Source: Archangiaceae bacterium
Lineage (GTDB): Bacteria > Myxococcota > Myxococcia > Myxococcales > Myxococcaceae
DNA: 14,641 nucleotides
Reading direction: 5' to 3'
Assembly: GCA_043750125.1 (NCBI GenBank)
Contig: JAYVCD010000241.1
Span: 1-14,641, forward strand
Positions 1 to 6,700 of the stretch are shown in pieces. How positions within the stretch are numbered: the first letter of the stretch is position 1; every line of letters begins with the position of its first letter. The notes beneath the pieces were generated by a model. The model was not told where the DNA came from. It ran no database searches and was given only the letters and a program-made list of their open reading frames with translations. The translations under genes were made by a program, and so were the position numbers.

Positions 1-220
1 GCGGCGCCTCGAGGGGATCCGTGAGCCGATTGCGGTCCGGGTTGCACGCTGCGTCCTGCAGAGCGGCTGTCTGCCGCGCCTTCAACCACAGGCGCAGACA
101 CTGGTCGGCGGGCATCGCGTCCTGCATCACCGAAGCGAGTCGGCGGTGGCCATCGAAGCCCCAGCCCAGAGCAACCGAGGGAACCAACAACAAGCCCAAC
201 AAGATGAAGAGTGCGCGCAC
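1..220 (-). CDS. Secreted S1/P1 nuclease / Zn-dependent phospholipase C-like protein (N-terminal part, runs off the window)
   Basis: Manual translation from the GTG at 220 gives MRALFILLGLLLVPSVALG-WGFDGHRRLASVMQ...ACNPDRNRLTDPLEAP. A signal peptide is followed directly by W-G-x-x-G-H (the Trp1/His6 Zn ligands of the P1 nuclease/PLC fold), then a PD motif and EAP. Absent from the ORF track because it has no stop in the window. Confidence 0.8.
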   Translation of the reverse strand, partial: MRALFILLGLLLVPSVALGWGFDGHRRLASVMQDAMPADQCLRLWLKARQTAALQDAACNPDRNRLTDPLEAP

Positions 221-227
221 GCCGGGC

Positions 228-236
228 AGGCTAGCA
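228..236 (-). promoter_or_regulatory. Putative extended -10 element (TGCTAGCCT) 7 nt before the GTG at 220
   Basis: Matches TGnTAnnnT. There is no SD, and the spacing fits a leaderless transcript. Confidence 0.4.
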
Positions 237-250
237 GGCAAGAAAGAAAG

Positions 251-1570
251 TCACTCCCTGGGCTCGAGGATCGACAGTCCCATCATTGCGACAAGGAACC
301 CCTGCACCTGGTGCTCGGGCTTTCCGGCGATCGCGAACACCTCGGCGTTGGTGCGGATCCCGTCGATTCGCAGCAGCAGCTGCGCTTCCCACTTCTCGAG
401 CTCGAGCTCGTTGAGCGCGTACGCCGGCTGCTGCGAAGGAATCAGCCGATCTTCCGGCGGAGCCAGGCGCCTCAGGCGATCGGGCTTGTAGAGCTTCTTC
501 ACCCCGCGAATGATCAGGTTGCCGGGGTGAACATCGAGCTTGATCGCTTCGCCGCGCGCCTTCTCGCGGAAGCTCAAAACGAAGTCGCCCTCTTCCCAGC
601 CGAACAGGCTGTAGATGACCGCCTTCACCTGTTGCCCGATGTAATACAGCCGCTCGTTTTCCTTCAGCAGTCCTCGTTCGACCAGCACATCGCCGGTGCG
701 ACGGCCCGACGCGCGCGCGACGACGGCCACGTCTTCGAGCTGCTCGGGGCGAATCTTGCCGACCCGCACCAGAAATTGTCCGAACCGGTCTGCGGCCAGG
801 TTCGAGAGCGCAAACACCGGCGCGCCCGCCTCGAAGTAGACGACCTTCTTCACGTTCCCCTTCTGCACCGACAGCTCGCCCGTCTCGCGGGCCAGGTAGA
901 AGGCGTTGATCAACCCCGGAAGGGTGTCGCCCAGCGCACCCTTGCGAACGCTGCGTCGCGACGCCGCTTCGTTGATCGCATCCTGGGGCGGAGGCGGAGG
1001 CCGCTGCCCTGACACCGGCCCCCGGGTCGGAGCCGCCGCCAGCAGCGCCGCCCCACTGAGCTCGGCCGAAATGTTTCCCCCCCCGGTGACCTTGATTTTT
1101 CCGGTCAGCTCCATCGGGTCGAACGGGCCATCGCCCTCGACATCGATGTCGAGATCGAGATCGAAGTCTTCGGAAGTCGGCATCGCCGGCGGCGCGCTCG
1201 GCATTGGAGGGGCCAGCTCTTTCACCGCTTCGATCAACCGCTTCGCGTCGAACGGCTTCTCGAAATAGTGGGCGCTGCCGAACTTCGCCTTCACTTCCAT
1301 CGCGTGCTTTCCGCCCTTGAACACCCCGGTCATGAACAGCACCGGAAGGTCGGGGTAGAGCGCCCGCAGCGCCTCGGCCAGCGGAAAACCCATCATGTCC
1401 GGCAACAGCACGTCGAGCACCGCCAGCGCCGGGCGGGCCAGCTTCGCCGCTTCGAGCGCGGGTTTGCCCTTGGGGAACCCGGCCACGGTGTAGCCGCTGT
1501 CCTCGAGCAGCTGGGTCAGGACCGCGAGCAGCTCCTTATTGTCATCAACCACGAGAAGAGTGGGCGGCAT
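251..1570 (-). CDS. Response regulator: N-terminal receiver domain, acidic/Pro linker, C-terminal DUF4388-type domain
   Basis: REC motifs are intact: LLVVDD, AVLD (phospho-Asp), FMTG, EKPF. The C-terminal part (KGALGDTLPGLINAFYLARETGELSV...KVVYFEAG...LFGWEEGDF) has the DUF4388-like pattern common in myxobacteria. Confidence 0.9.
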   Translation of the reverse strand: MPPTLLVVDDNKELLAVLTQLLEDSGYTVAGFPKGKPALEAAKLARPALAVLDVLLPDMMGFPLAEALRALYPDLPVLFMTGVFKGGKHAMEVKAKFGSAHYFEKPFDAKRLIEAVKELAPPMPSAPPAMPTSEDFDLDLDIDVEGDGPFDPMELTGKIKVTGGGNISAELSGAALLAAAPTRGPVSGQRPPPPPQDAINEAASRRSVRKGALGDTLPGLINAFYLARETGELSVQKGNVKKVVYFEAGAPVFALSNLAADRFGQFLVRVGKIRPEQLEDVAVVARASGRRTGDVLVERGLLKENERLYYIGQQVKAVIYSLFGWEEGDFVLSFREKARGEAIKLDVHPGNLIIRGVKKLYKPDRLRRLAPPEDRLIPSQQPAYALNELELEKWEAQLLLRIDGIRTNAEVFAIAGKPEHQVQGFLVAMMGLSILEPRE

Positions 1571-1580
1571 CGTTGGGGAG

Positions 1581-1590
1581 AAACTATCCT
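1581..1590. promoter_or_regulatory. Putative bidirectional promoter with overlapping -10 hexamers (TAGTTT on -, TATCCT on +)
   Basis: The divergent gap is only 29 bp (1571-1599). The two TAnnnT hexamers share the TA at 1585-1586 and lie 10 and 9 nt before the ATGs at 1570 and 1600. Confidence 0.45.
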
Positions 1591-1599
1591 CACTCGACC

Positions 1600-1929
1600 A
1601 TGCTTTCGAGAACGTTGGTGATTGGGTTGCTCTTCTATGGCTTCGGGGCCCTGGCCCAGATCCCCCCTTCCGAGTTCGATGCCTCGATTCCGGACGCCTC
1701 GATGGGCAACGGAGGCGCCGAGACCAGCCAGGAAATGGAAGAGCACCCGAACACCGTTTGCATGCAGAGTCACGACTGTGAGCGGGGCTTTGCCTGCACC
1801 AACGGCCGCTGCTCCTACGCCGGCTACCGGATGGCGACGCAGCCCGGCTGCCTGGGAGCCACGGCGACGATGCTCATTCCGTTGCTGGTCTTCTGGGGTT
1901 GGCGCCGCCGGGGTGGGGACCCGGGATGA
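1600..1929 (+). CDS. Small secreted Cys-rich protein with a MYXO-CTERM-like C-terminal anchor
   Basis: ATG at 1600, signal peptide MLSRTLVIGLLFYGFGALA, acidic linker, 4-Cys module CMQSHDCERGFACTNGRC, then GC + hydrophobic helix + RRR (PGCLGATATMLIPLLVFWGWRRR). Its stop overlaps the next start (ATGA, 1926-1929). Confidence 0.8.
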   Translation: MLSRTLVIGLLFYGFGALAQIPPSEFDASIPDASMGNGGAETSQEMEEHPNTVCMQSHDCERGFACTNGRCSYAGYRMATQPGCLGATATMLIPLLVFWGWRRRGGDPG

Positions 1930-2432
1930 ACGACTCAGAATTCCAGGCGCTGCGCGGGCGGGTCGCGAAGATCACCCGACCCGAGCCGGTGCTGCTGCTC
2001 TACTACCTGCTGATCTCGCTGTTGGGAGTGTTCGCATTCCCGATGCTCTTCGTTCCCCTGTTCTTCCGCTACGAGACGCTGAAGTACCGGTTCGATGATC
2101 AGGGCGTCTTCATGAGCTACGGGATCCTCTTTCGCCGGGAAATGCAGCTGACCTACGCGCGGATGCAGGACATCCACCTCTCGCAGAACCTGCTCGAGCG
2201 CTGGCTCAACATCGGCACTGTCACCGTGCAGACGGCAGGCTCCGGTGAGGGCGGGAACCTGGCGATCGCCGGAGTGAAGGACTTCGAGGCGATTCGGGAC
2301 TACCTCTATGCGCGAATGCGGGGAGTGCGCGACGAAGGCAAGCACCCCGCCCCGACCGAAGTGCTGCATGAAATCCGCGATGCGCTCGCCCGTACGGCTG
2401 ACGCGCTCACAGCACTGGCCCAGAGGCGCTGA
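1926..2432 (+). CDS. bPH_2 (bacterial PH domain, YdbS/YdbT-like) membrane protein
   Basis: ATG at 1926 overlaps the upstream TGA. A hydrophobic segment is followed by YETLKYRFDDQGVFMSYGILFRREMQLTYARMQDIHLSQNLLERWLNIGTVTVQTAG, the typical bPH_2 pattern. Confidence 0.88.
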   Translation: MNDSEFQALRGRVAKITRPEPVLLLYYLLISLLGVFAFPMLFVPLFFRYETLKYRFDDQGVFMSYGILFRREMQLTYARMQDIHLSQNLLERWLNIGTVTVQTAGSGEGGNLAIAGVKDFEAIRDYLYARMRGVRDEGKHPAPTEVLHEIRDALARTADALTALAQRR

Positions 2433-2438
2433 CCCCTC

Positions 2439-3173
2439 ATGATCGCCCTGATCGTCAAGATGCTGCGCCCGCTGTTCCTGCCGGTGCTCAAGCTCAAGCT
2501 CGAGCCGCCCCACCTGCCCGAAGGCTCGACCCTCGTTCGCGAGCTCAAGCCCGAGCCCTCCTGGTTGACGCTCAAGTACCTGTCCGTTCTGCTCGGAACG
2601 ACCGCCAGCCTCGCCGGCGCCCTCGCCGCCTCGGGGGTGCTGATTTTCAACGTCGGACCCAACGGCTATTTCTTCGCGGCGGCCATCTGCCTGTTGGTCC
2701 TGGGCTCGGCGGGCTTCAGCCTGGTCGCGATTCGCCTCGACTACGAGCTGCGCCATTACCTCGTGGGCGACAAGAGCCTGCGCGTCAGCCAGGGCGCGGT
2801 GGTGCGCCGGGAAGTGACGCTGAGCTACGCGAACGTACAGAACCTCGAAGTCACCGCCGGCCCGTTCGAGACTCTTTTCGGAATCAAGTCGCTGACCATC
2901 AGCACCGCCGGAGGCAGCGCGCGCGCCGGTGAGACCAACCCCCACCGGGCCACGCTCGAAGGGCTGAAGAACGCCGACGAGGTCAAGAAGCTGATCCTCG
3001 GAATGCTCAAGGGTCACAAAGATGCCGGGCTGGGCGAACCGTCGGATCCCGCGCATTCCAGCGGGTTGGAGCCTCAGGCCCTGGAAGAAGTTCGTGCGGC
3101 GGCGATCAATCTGCGGAATGTTGCGGAATCGTTGGCCGTTCCCGTTGACTTTCGCCAGCCGGCGAAGAATTGA
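2439..3173 (+). CDS. Second bPH_2 domain membrane protein
   Basis: Two TM segments, then YELRHYLVGDKSLRVSQGAVVRREVTLSYANVQNLEVTAGPFETLFGIKSLTISTAGG. Starts 6 bp after the paralog. Confidence 0.88.
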   Translation: MIALIVKMLRPLFLPVLKLKLEPPHLPEGSTLVRELKPEPSWLTLKYLSVLLGTTASLAGALAASGVLIFNVGPNGYFFAAAICLLVLGSAGFSLVAIRLDYELRHYLVGDKSLRVSQGAVVRREVTLSYANVQNLEVTAGPFETLFGIKSLTISTAGGSARAGETNPHRATLEGLKNADEVKKLILGMLKGHKDAGLGEPSDPAHSSGLEPQALEEVRAAAINLRNVAESLAVPVDFRQPAKN

Positions 3174-3201
3174 TACCGCGGCCGCGCATTCCCAAACACC
3201 T

Positions 3202-3879
3202 ATGAGCTCACTACTTGTCCTCGGACAGATGACCAACGCAGGGCAAGGGCTGCTGACGCGCACCCTGCTCGGAATCACGCTCGGCAGCGCCGAGTGGGTC
3301 CTGTGGCTGCTGTGCATCTTGTCCATCTTGTCGATCGCCGTGATGCTCGAGCGCGCGGTGTACTTCTCGTCTCACACCCTCAAAGACTCTGATGACCTGA
3401 CCGTGCGGCTGGCGAAAGGCGATCTCGAGGCGGTGAAGAAGTTCATCGACGGGAAGAAGGGAATGGAAGCCGCGGTGCTGCGCGAGGCGCTGAGCAACAT
3501 CGGCAGTGGTCCAGACTCGGTCGAGGAAATCATCGCCGCCACCGTCGCGCGCGAGCGGCCGCAGTACGAGCGGTTCTTGTCTTTCCTGGGGACCCTGGGC
3601 AGCAACGCGCCGTTCATCGGCCTGTTTGGAACCGTGCTGGGGATCATCAAGGCCTTCAACGACCTGGGCCAGAACGGAGCGAAAGGCGCCGCGATGCAGC
3701 AGACGGTGATGGCCGGAATTTCAGAGGCCCTCGTCGCCACGGCCGTCGGCCTTGCCGTCGCGATTCCCGCCGTCGTTGGCTACAACTTGCTGACGAGGGC
3801 TTTGAAGACCATCACCTCGCGCACCACCGCGTTGGGCCATGCGCTGGTCGGCCACCTTCGCGCGACGGGCGGGAAGTAG
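3202..3879 (+). CDS. exbB: MotA/TolQ/ExbB proton channel family protein
   Basis: Start re-called at ATG 3202. Motifs FLGTLGSNAPFIGLFGTVLGIIKAF and GISEALVATAVGLAVAIPAV. Followed by exbD and tonB. Confidence 0.93.
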   Translation: MSSLLVLGQMTNAGQGLLTRTLLGITLGSAEWVLWLLCILSILSIAVMLERAVYFSSHTLKDSDDLTVRLAKGDLEAVKKFIDGKKGMEAAVLREALSNIGSGPDSVEEIIAATVARERPQYERFLSFLGTLGSNAPFIGLFGTVLGIIKAFNDLGQNGAKGAAMQQTVMAGISEALVATAVGLAVAIPAVVGYNLLTRALKTITSRTTALGHALVGHLRATGGK

Positions 3880-3882
3880 TCC

Positions 3883-4320
3883 ATGGCGGGCGCCCAGCAA
3901 CAAGACGACGAAGAGATCGTCGCGATCAACGTCACCCCGCTGGTCGACATCACCCTGGTGCTGTTGATCATCTTCATGGTCACGGCGAGCTTCATCGTCA
4001 AAGAGACGGTGGAAGTCGATCTGCCGAAGGCTGCGAACATCAACGAGACGGTGCAGGGGTTGGTGAACATCGTGATGGACAAGGACTCGAAGCTCTTCTT
4101 CGACGGCGCCGAGGTCAGCGAAGCGCAGATGAAGAGCCGCATCGAAGAGGCGCTGAAGAAAGACAAAGAGACCCGGGCGATCATCAGCGCGGATCAGGCG
4201 CTCAATTACGGGCGGGTGATGGGGCTGATCGACGTAATCAAGGGCCAGGGGATTGCGAAGTTTGCCCTCAACATCCAGAAAGGGGCCGCTCCTGTCATCA
4301 TTCCGACGACAGGTCCGTAG
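3883..4320 (+). CDS. exbD: ExbD/TolR biopolymer transport protein
   Basis: INVTPLVDITLVLLIIFMVT (conserved TM Asp), VEVDLP and AIISADQALNYGRVMGLID. Confidence 0.93.
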   Translation: MAGAQQQDDEEIVAINVTPLVDITLVLLIIFMVTASFIVKETVEVDLPKAANINETVQGLVNIVMDKDSKLFFDGAEVSEAQMKSRIEEALKKDKETRAIISADQALNYGRVMGLIDVIKGQGIAKFALNIQKGAAPVIIPTTGP

Positions 4321-4335
4321 TCGTCGACCTGGTCC

Positions 4336-5097
4336 GTGGGTCCTACCCTCTCGATGAGTTCTCGCCGCGATGACAAGACGGTTGTGGTGCTCGCGCTCGG
4401 GCTGTTCGCCTCGATTGCGCTTCATGGCTCGGGGCTGATCTGGGCGAACCACCAGAAAATGGCGGTCAAAGAAATCGCGAAGCCGATCGTGGTCGAGTTC
4501 ATTCCGATCGAGCCCCCCAAGCCGCCTGAGCCGGTCGAGCCCGAGAAGCCCAAGCCGGTCGAGCCTCCGAAGCCGAAGGTTCCTCCGGTGAAGCTCGCGG
4601 TGGTGAAGCCTCCTCCCGAAGAGCCCCCTCCGCCGCTGGAAGAAGTCAAAGAGCCGCCCAAAGAGCCGCCTCCGTTGTTCGTCGGAGTGAAGATGTCGTC
4701 GACCACTTCCGCGGGCGCGTTCGCGGCCCCGGTGGGCAACACCGCCTATGGGCAGATGCCGAAGGCGGCTCCGGCCCCTTCGGAAGTGAAGGCCTACCTG
4801 GCGCCGAAGTACGTCCCCCCCGGAAGCGCGGATCATGATCCGGAAGTCGACAACGAGTTCAAGATTCCCTACCCCGACGAAGCGCGACGGGCGGGCATCG
4901 AGGGCACCGTGCGGCTGCGCATCGTCGTCGACAACGAAGGGCGGGTGGTCGACGTGAAGGTGCTCAATGGTCCGGGCTACGGGTTGAACGACGCCGCGCG
5001 GGACGCGATCAAGAAGTTCAAGTTCAAGGCGGCGATCAAAGGCGGCGAGGCGGTCTCGACGACCATGGTCTACAACTACACCTTCATGCTCGATTGA
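4336..5097 (+). CDS. tonB: TonB energy transducer (start at 4336 or ATG 4354)
   Basis: TM anchor ASIALH (SxxxH), Pro/Glu/Lys-rich spacer, and a TonB_C domain YPDEARRAGIEGTVRLRIVVDNEGRV...FKFKAA. Confidence 0.92.
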   Translation: MGPTLSMSSRRDDKTVVVLALGLFASIALHGSGLIWANHQKMAVKEIAKPIVVEFIPIEPPKPPEPVEPEKPKPVEPPKPKVPPVKLAVVKPPPEEPPPPLEEVKEPPKEPPPLFVGVKMSSTTSAGAFAAPVGNTAYGQMPKAAPAPSEVKAYLAPKYVPPGSADHDPEVDNEFKIPYPDEARRAGIEGTVRLRIVVDNEGRVVDVKVLNGPGYGLNDAARDAIKKFKFKAAIKGGEAVSTTMVYNYTFMLD

Positions 5098-5100
5098 GAA

Positions 5101-5657
5101 GTGAGCCCCGTGGGCAGGCGGTTGGCGTACGGGTTTCTTCTGCTCAGTCTGCTCACCGCGGGCGGGTTGCTGTACGTCGACGGGCGCGCTTTCTACTGGG
5201 CCCGCAGCTGGCCGATTGGCGGGCGCGCTTCACGCTCTGGTCGGTCGAGCGGAGGTTCTTCTCTCAGACCGGCGACTCGCGAATTCCGTTCGCGCTGGCC
5301 TGCGGGGCCCGGGGCTGCGCGCTGCTCGATGGGACCCCGTACCAGGCCGACACGCTCGACGCGCAGCTCAACGACGCGGTGAAGCGGTTCGTTCAGAACG
5401 AGAACAACGTGAAGCTGCGCCCCGACGGGATTCACCTTTCGCGACTGTTCAAGCTTTACGCAGAGGACATTCGCGCTGCGCTTCCCGAAGGGCGCACCCA
5501 CCTGCTCCAGTTCGTCTGGGCCTTTCTTCCCGAGGCGTGTTTGACCCGGCCCGGCTGCGACACCCGGGGAGATCTCGACAAGGCCTGTGGGCCACGGCTC
5601 GAGGGTTGCGCAATGAAGTTCGAGCCGTTCGACTGGCAGCTCGCCTCGCGTCCGTAG
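5101..5657 (+). pseudogene. DUF547-like protein, frameshifted near 5221-5225 and apparently missing its N-terminal core
   Basis: The 5101 frame gives a signal/TM segment and FYWARSWPIGG. The 5094 frame continues RFTLWSVERRFF...DSRIPFALACGARGCALL...PYQADTLDAQLNDAVKRF...LSRLFKLYAED...FDWQL, matching the DUF547 C-terminal half. No LAFWINAYN-like segment is present. Confidence 0.7.
5181..5230 (+). repeat. 11-bp direct repeat CGGGCGCGCTT (5181-5191 and 5220-5230)
   Basis: Read directly. The two copies coincide with the inferred deletion junction and the frameshift. Confidence 0.6.
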
Positions 5658-5753
5658 CCGGTGGCCCTTCTTGCCGCACCCGAAGAAACGTTCCTACAGC
5701 ATCACCGTGTACCCAATCTGTGCGCCGAACGTGGCGTTCGTCGAAGTGACGGT

Positions 5754-6542
5754 TCAGTACTGCGAGCGACGGCGCATCACGCCGAGCAGCGCGAGCAGCG
5801 ACAGCGACAACATTCCCGCTTCGGCAGCCGAGCAACCCATCGGAGCCGGCGCTGCCTTCTCTTCCACGTTCAGCGCGGCGGGGATTGCGTCCGCCGGAGC
5901 CGGAGTGCGAATCGGAAGAATGCCACCCACCGGGCGGAATTCGATCAGCAAGGCAGAGTACGGCTGCACAGTGCGGGTGAGCTCGGCGTCGTAGATCATT
6001 CCGTTGCCGGCCGCGACGATGCGGCAGCCATCGGGCGAAAGCTCGAATGCGCGCCAGGCGCCCTTCTGACCCATGCCCTTGAAGTCGAGGACCACCGCGT
6101 CGGCGACCATCGCGCTCTTGTTCAACAACACCACCGTCACTTTCGCGTCGAGATCAAACGAGGCGAACACCGAGAGCAGCGGGTTGGACGACTGGGTTCG
6201 AATCGAGGTGTCGCCAAAGCGCGAACCCTGGCCGTCGTAGTTGGTGTACATCGCGATTGCAGCGCCGGGCTGAGCCGGGGGCAGTGGCGCCTCACTCAGC
6301 TGTCCGGTGACGTTTTTTTGCCCAAAGGTGCCCAGCAGAGCGACCCTCGCCAGCTCTCCGGACGGGAGGTTGATTCCGTACGCGGCCAGCATCTGCGCCT
6401 GGTGGGCTTCGTCTCCAAAGTCCCCGTTGTAGGCACTGGGTGCAATCGGCTTGCGGTCATCGGCAGCATTGACGCTGGCCTCGGTTGCGAAAGCGGCACC
6501 TGAGAGCAGGACTGCGATGAGAAGAGGAGCTTGGGTGCGCAT
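5754..6542 (-). CDS. Secreted MYXO-CTERM-anchored protein made of the GH44 beta-sandwich region, lacking the catalytic barrel
   Basis: Start re-called at ATG 6542. Signal peptide MRTQAPLLIAVLLSGAAFA. GH44-like segments: SVNAADDRKPIAPSAY, SGELARVALLGTFGQKNV, MYTNYDGQGSRFGDTS, LSVFAS, VVLLNKS, TVQPYSA. C-terminal MGCSAAEAGMLSLSLLALLGVMRRR. Confidence 0.8.
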   Translation of the reverse strand: MRTQAPLLIAVLLSGAAFATEASVNAADDRKPIAPSAYNGDFGDEAHQAQMLAAYGINLPSGELARVALLGTFGQKNVTGQLSEAPLPPAQPGAAIAMYTNYDGQGSRFGDTSIRTQSSNPLLSVFASFDLDAKVTVVLLNKSAMVADAVVLDFKGMGQKGAWRAFELSPDGCRIVAAGNGMIYDAELTRTVQPYSALLIEFRPVGGILPIRTPAPADAIPAALNVEEKAAPAPMGCSAAEAGMLSLSLLALLGVMRRRSQY

Positions 6543-6624
6543 GCTCCCGACATATGCATTGGGTGGTCCAGCGCCAATGGCCTGAATTTGATGGGAAAAG
6601 CTCGGCATCGCTTCACGCGAAATC

Positions 6625-6638
6625 GCCTCGATCGAGGC
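6625..6638. promoter_or_regulatory. Perfect 14-bp palindrome GCCTCGATCGAGGC in a divergent intergenic region (candidate operator)
   Basis: Read directly. It sits near the middle of the 6543-6700 gap between two divergent starts. Confidence 0.3.
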
Positions 6639-6700
6639 TCGAATGCAAAGGGGTTCTTCCTTGCGCCGGGTCAGGCCGGCTATTTGCACCGGCGCGACGC

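Noticed and set aside
146-1012. Long antisense or alternate-frame ORFs (for example 146-1012 +, 1935-3326 -, 3721-4836 -, 6680-7549 -, 9047-9967 +, 10720-11811 +, 13625-14521 -)
   Set aside because: Shadow ORFs of well-supported genes in high-GC DNA. They show no recognisable motifs.
3144-3200. Possible Fur box or terminator upstream of exbB (TTCGCC-agcc-GGCGAA hairpin, AATTGATA)
   Set aside because: No convincing match to the AT-rich Fur inverted repeat. The hairpin has only 6 bp, lies in coding sequence and lacks a U-tract.
4510-4672. Short repeated units such as AGCCGGTCGAGCC and AAAGAGCCGCC
   Set aside because: They encode the ordinary Pro/Glu/Lys spacer of TonB. They are not a CRISPR or other DNA repeat array.
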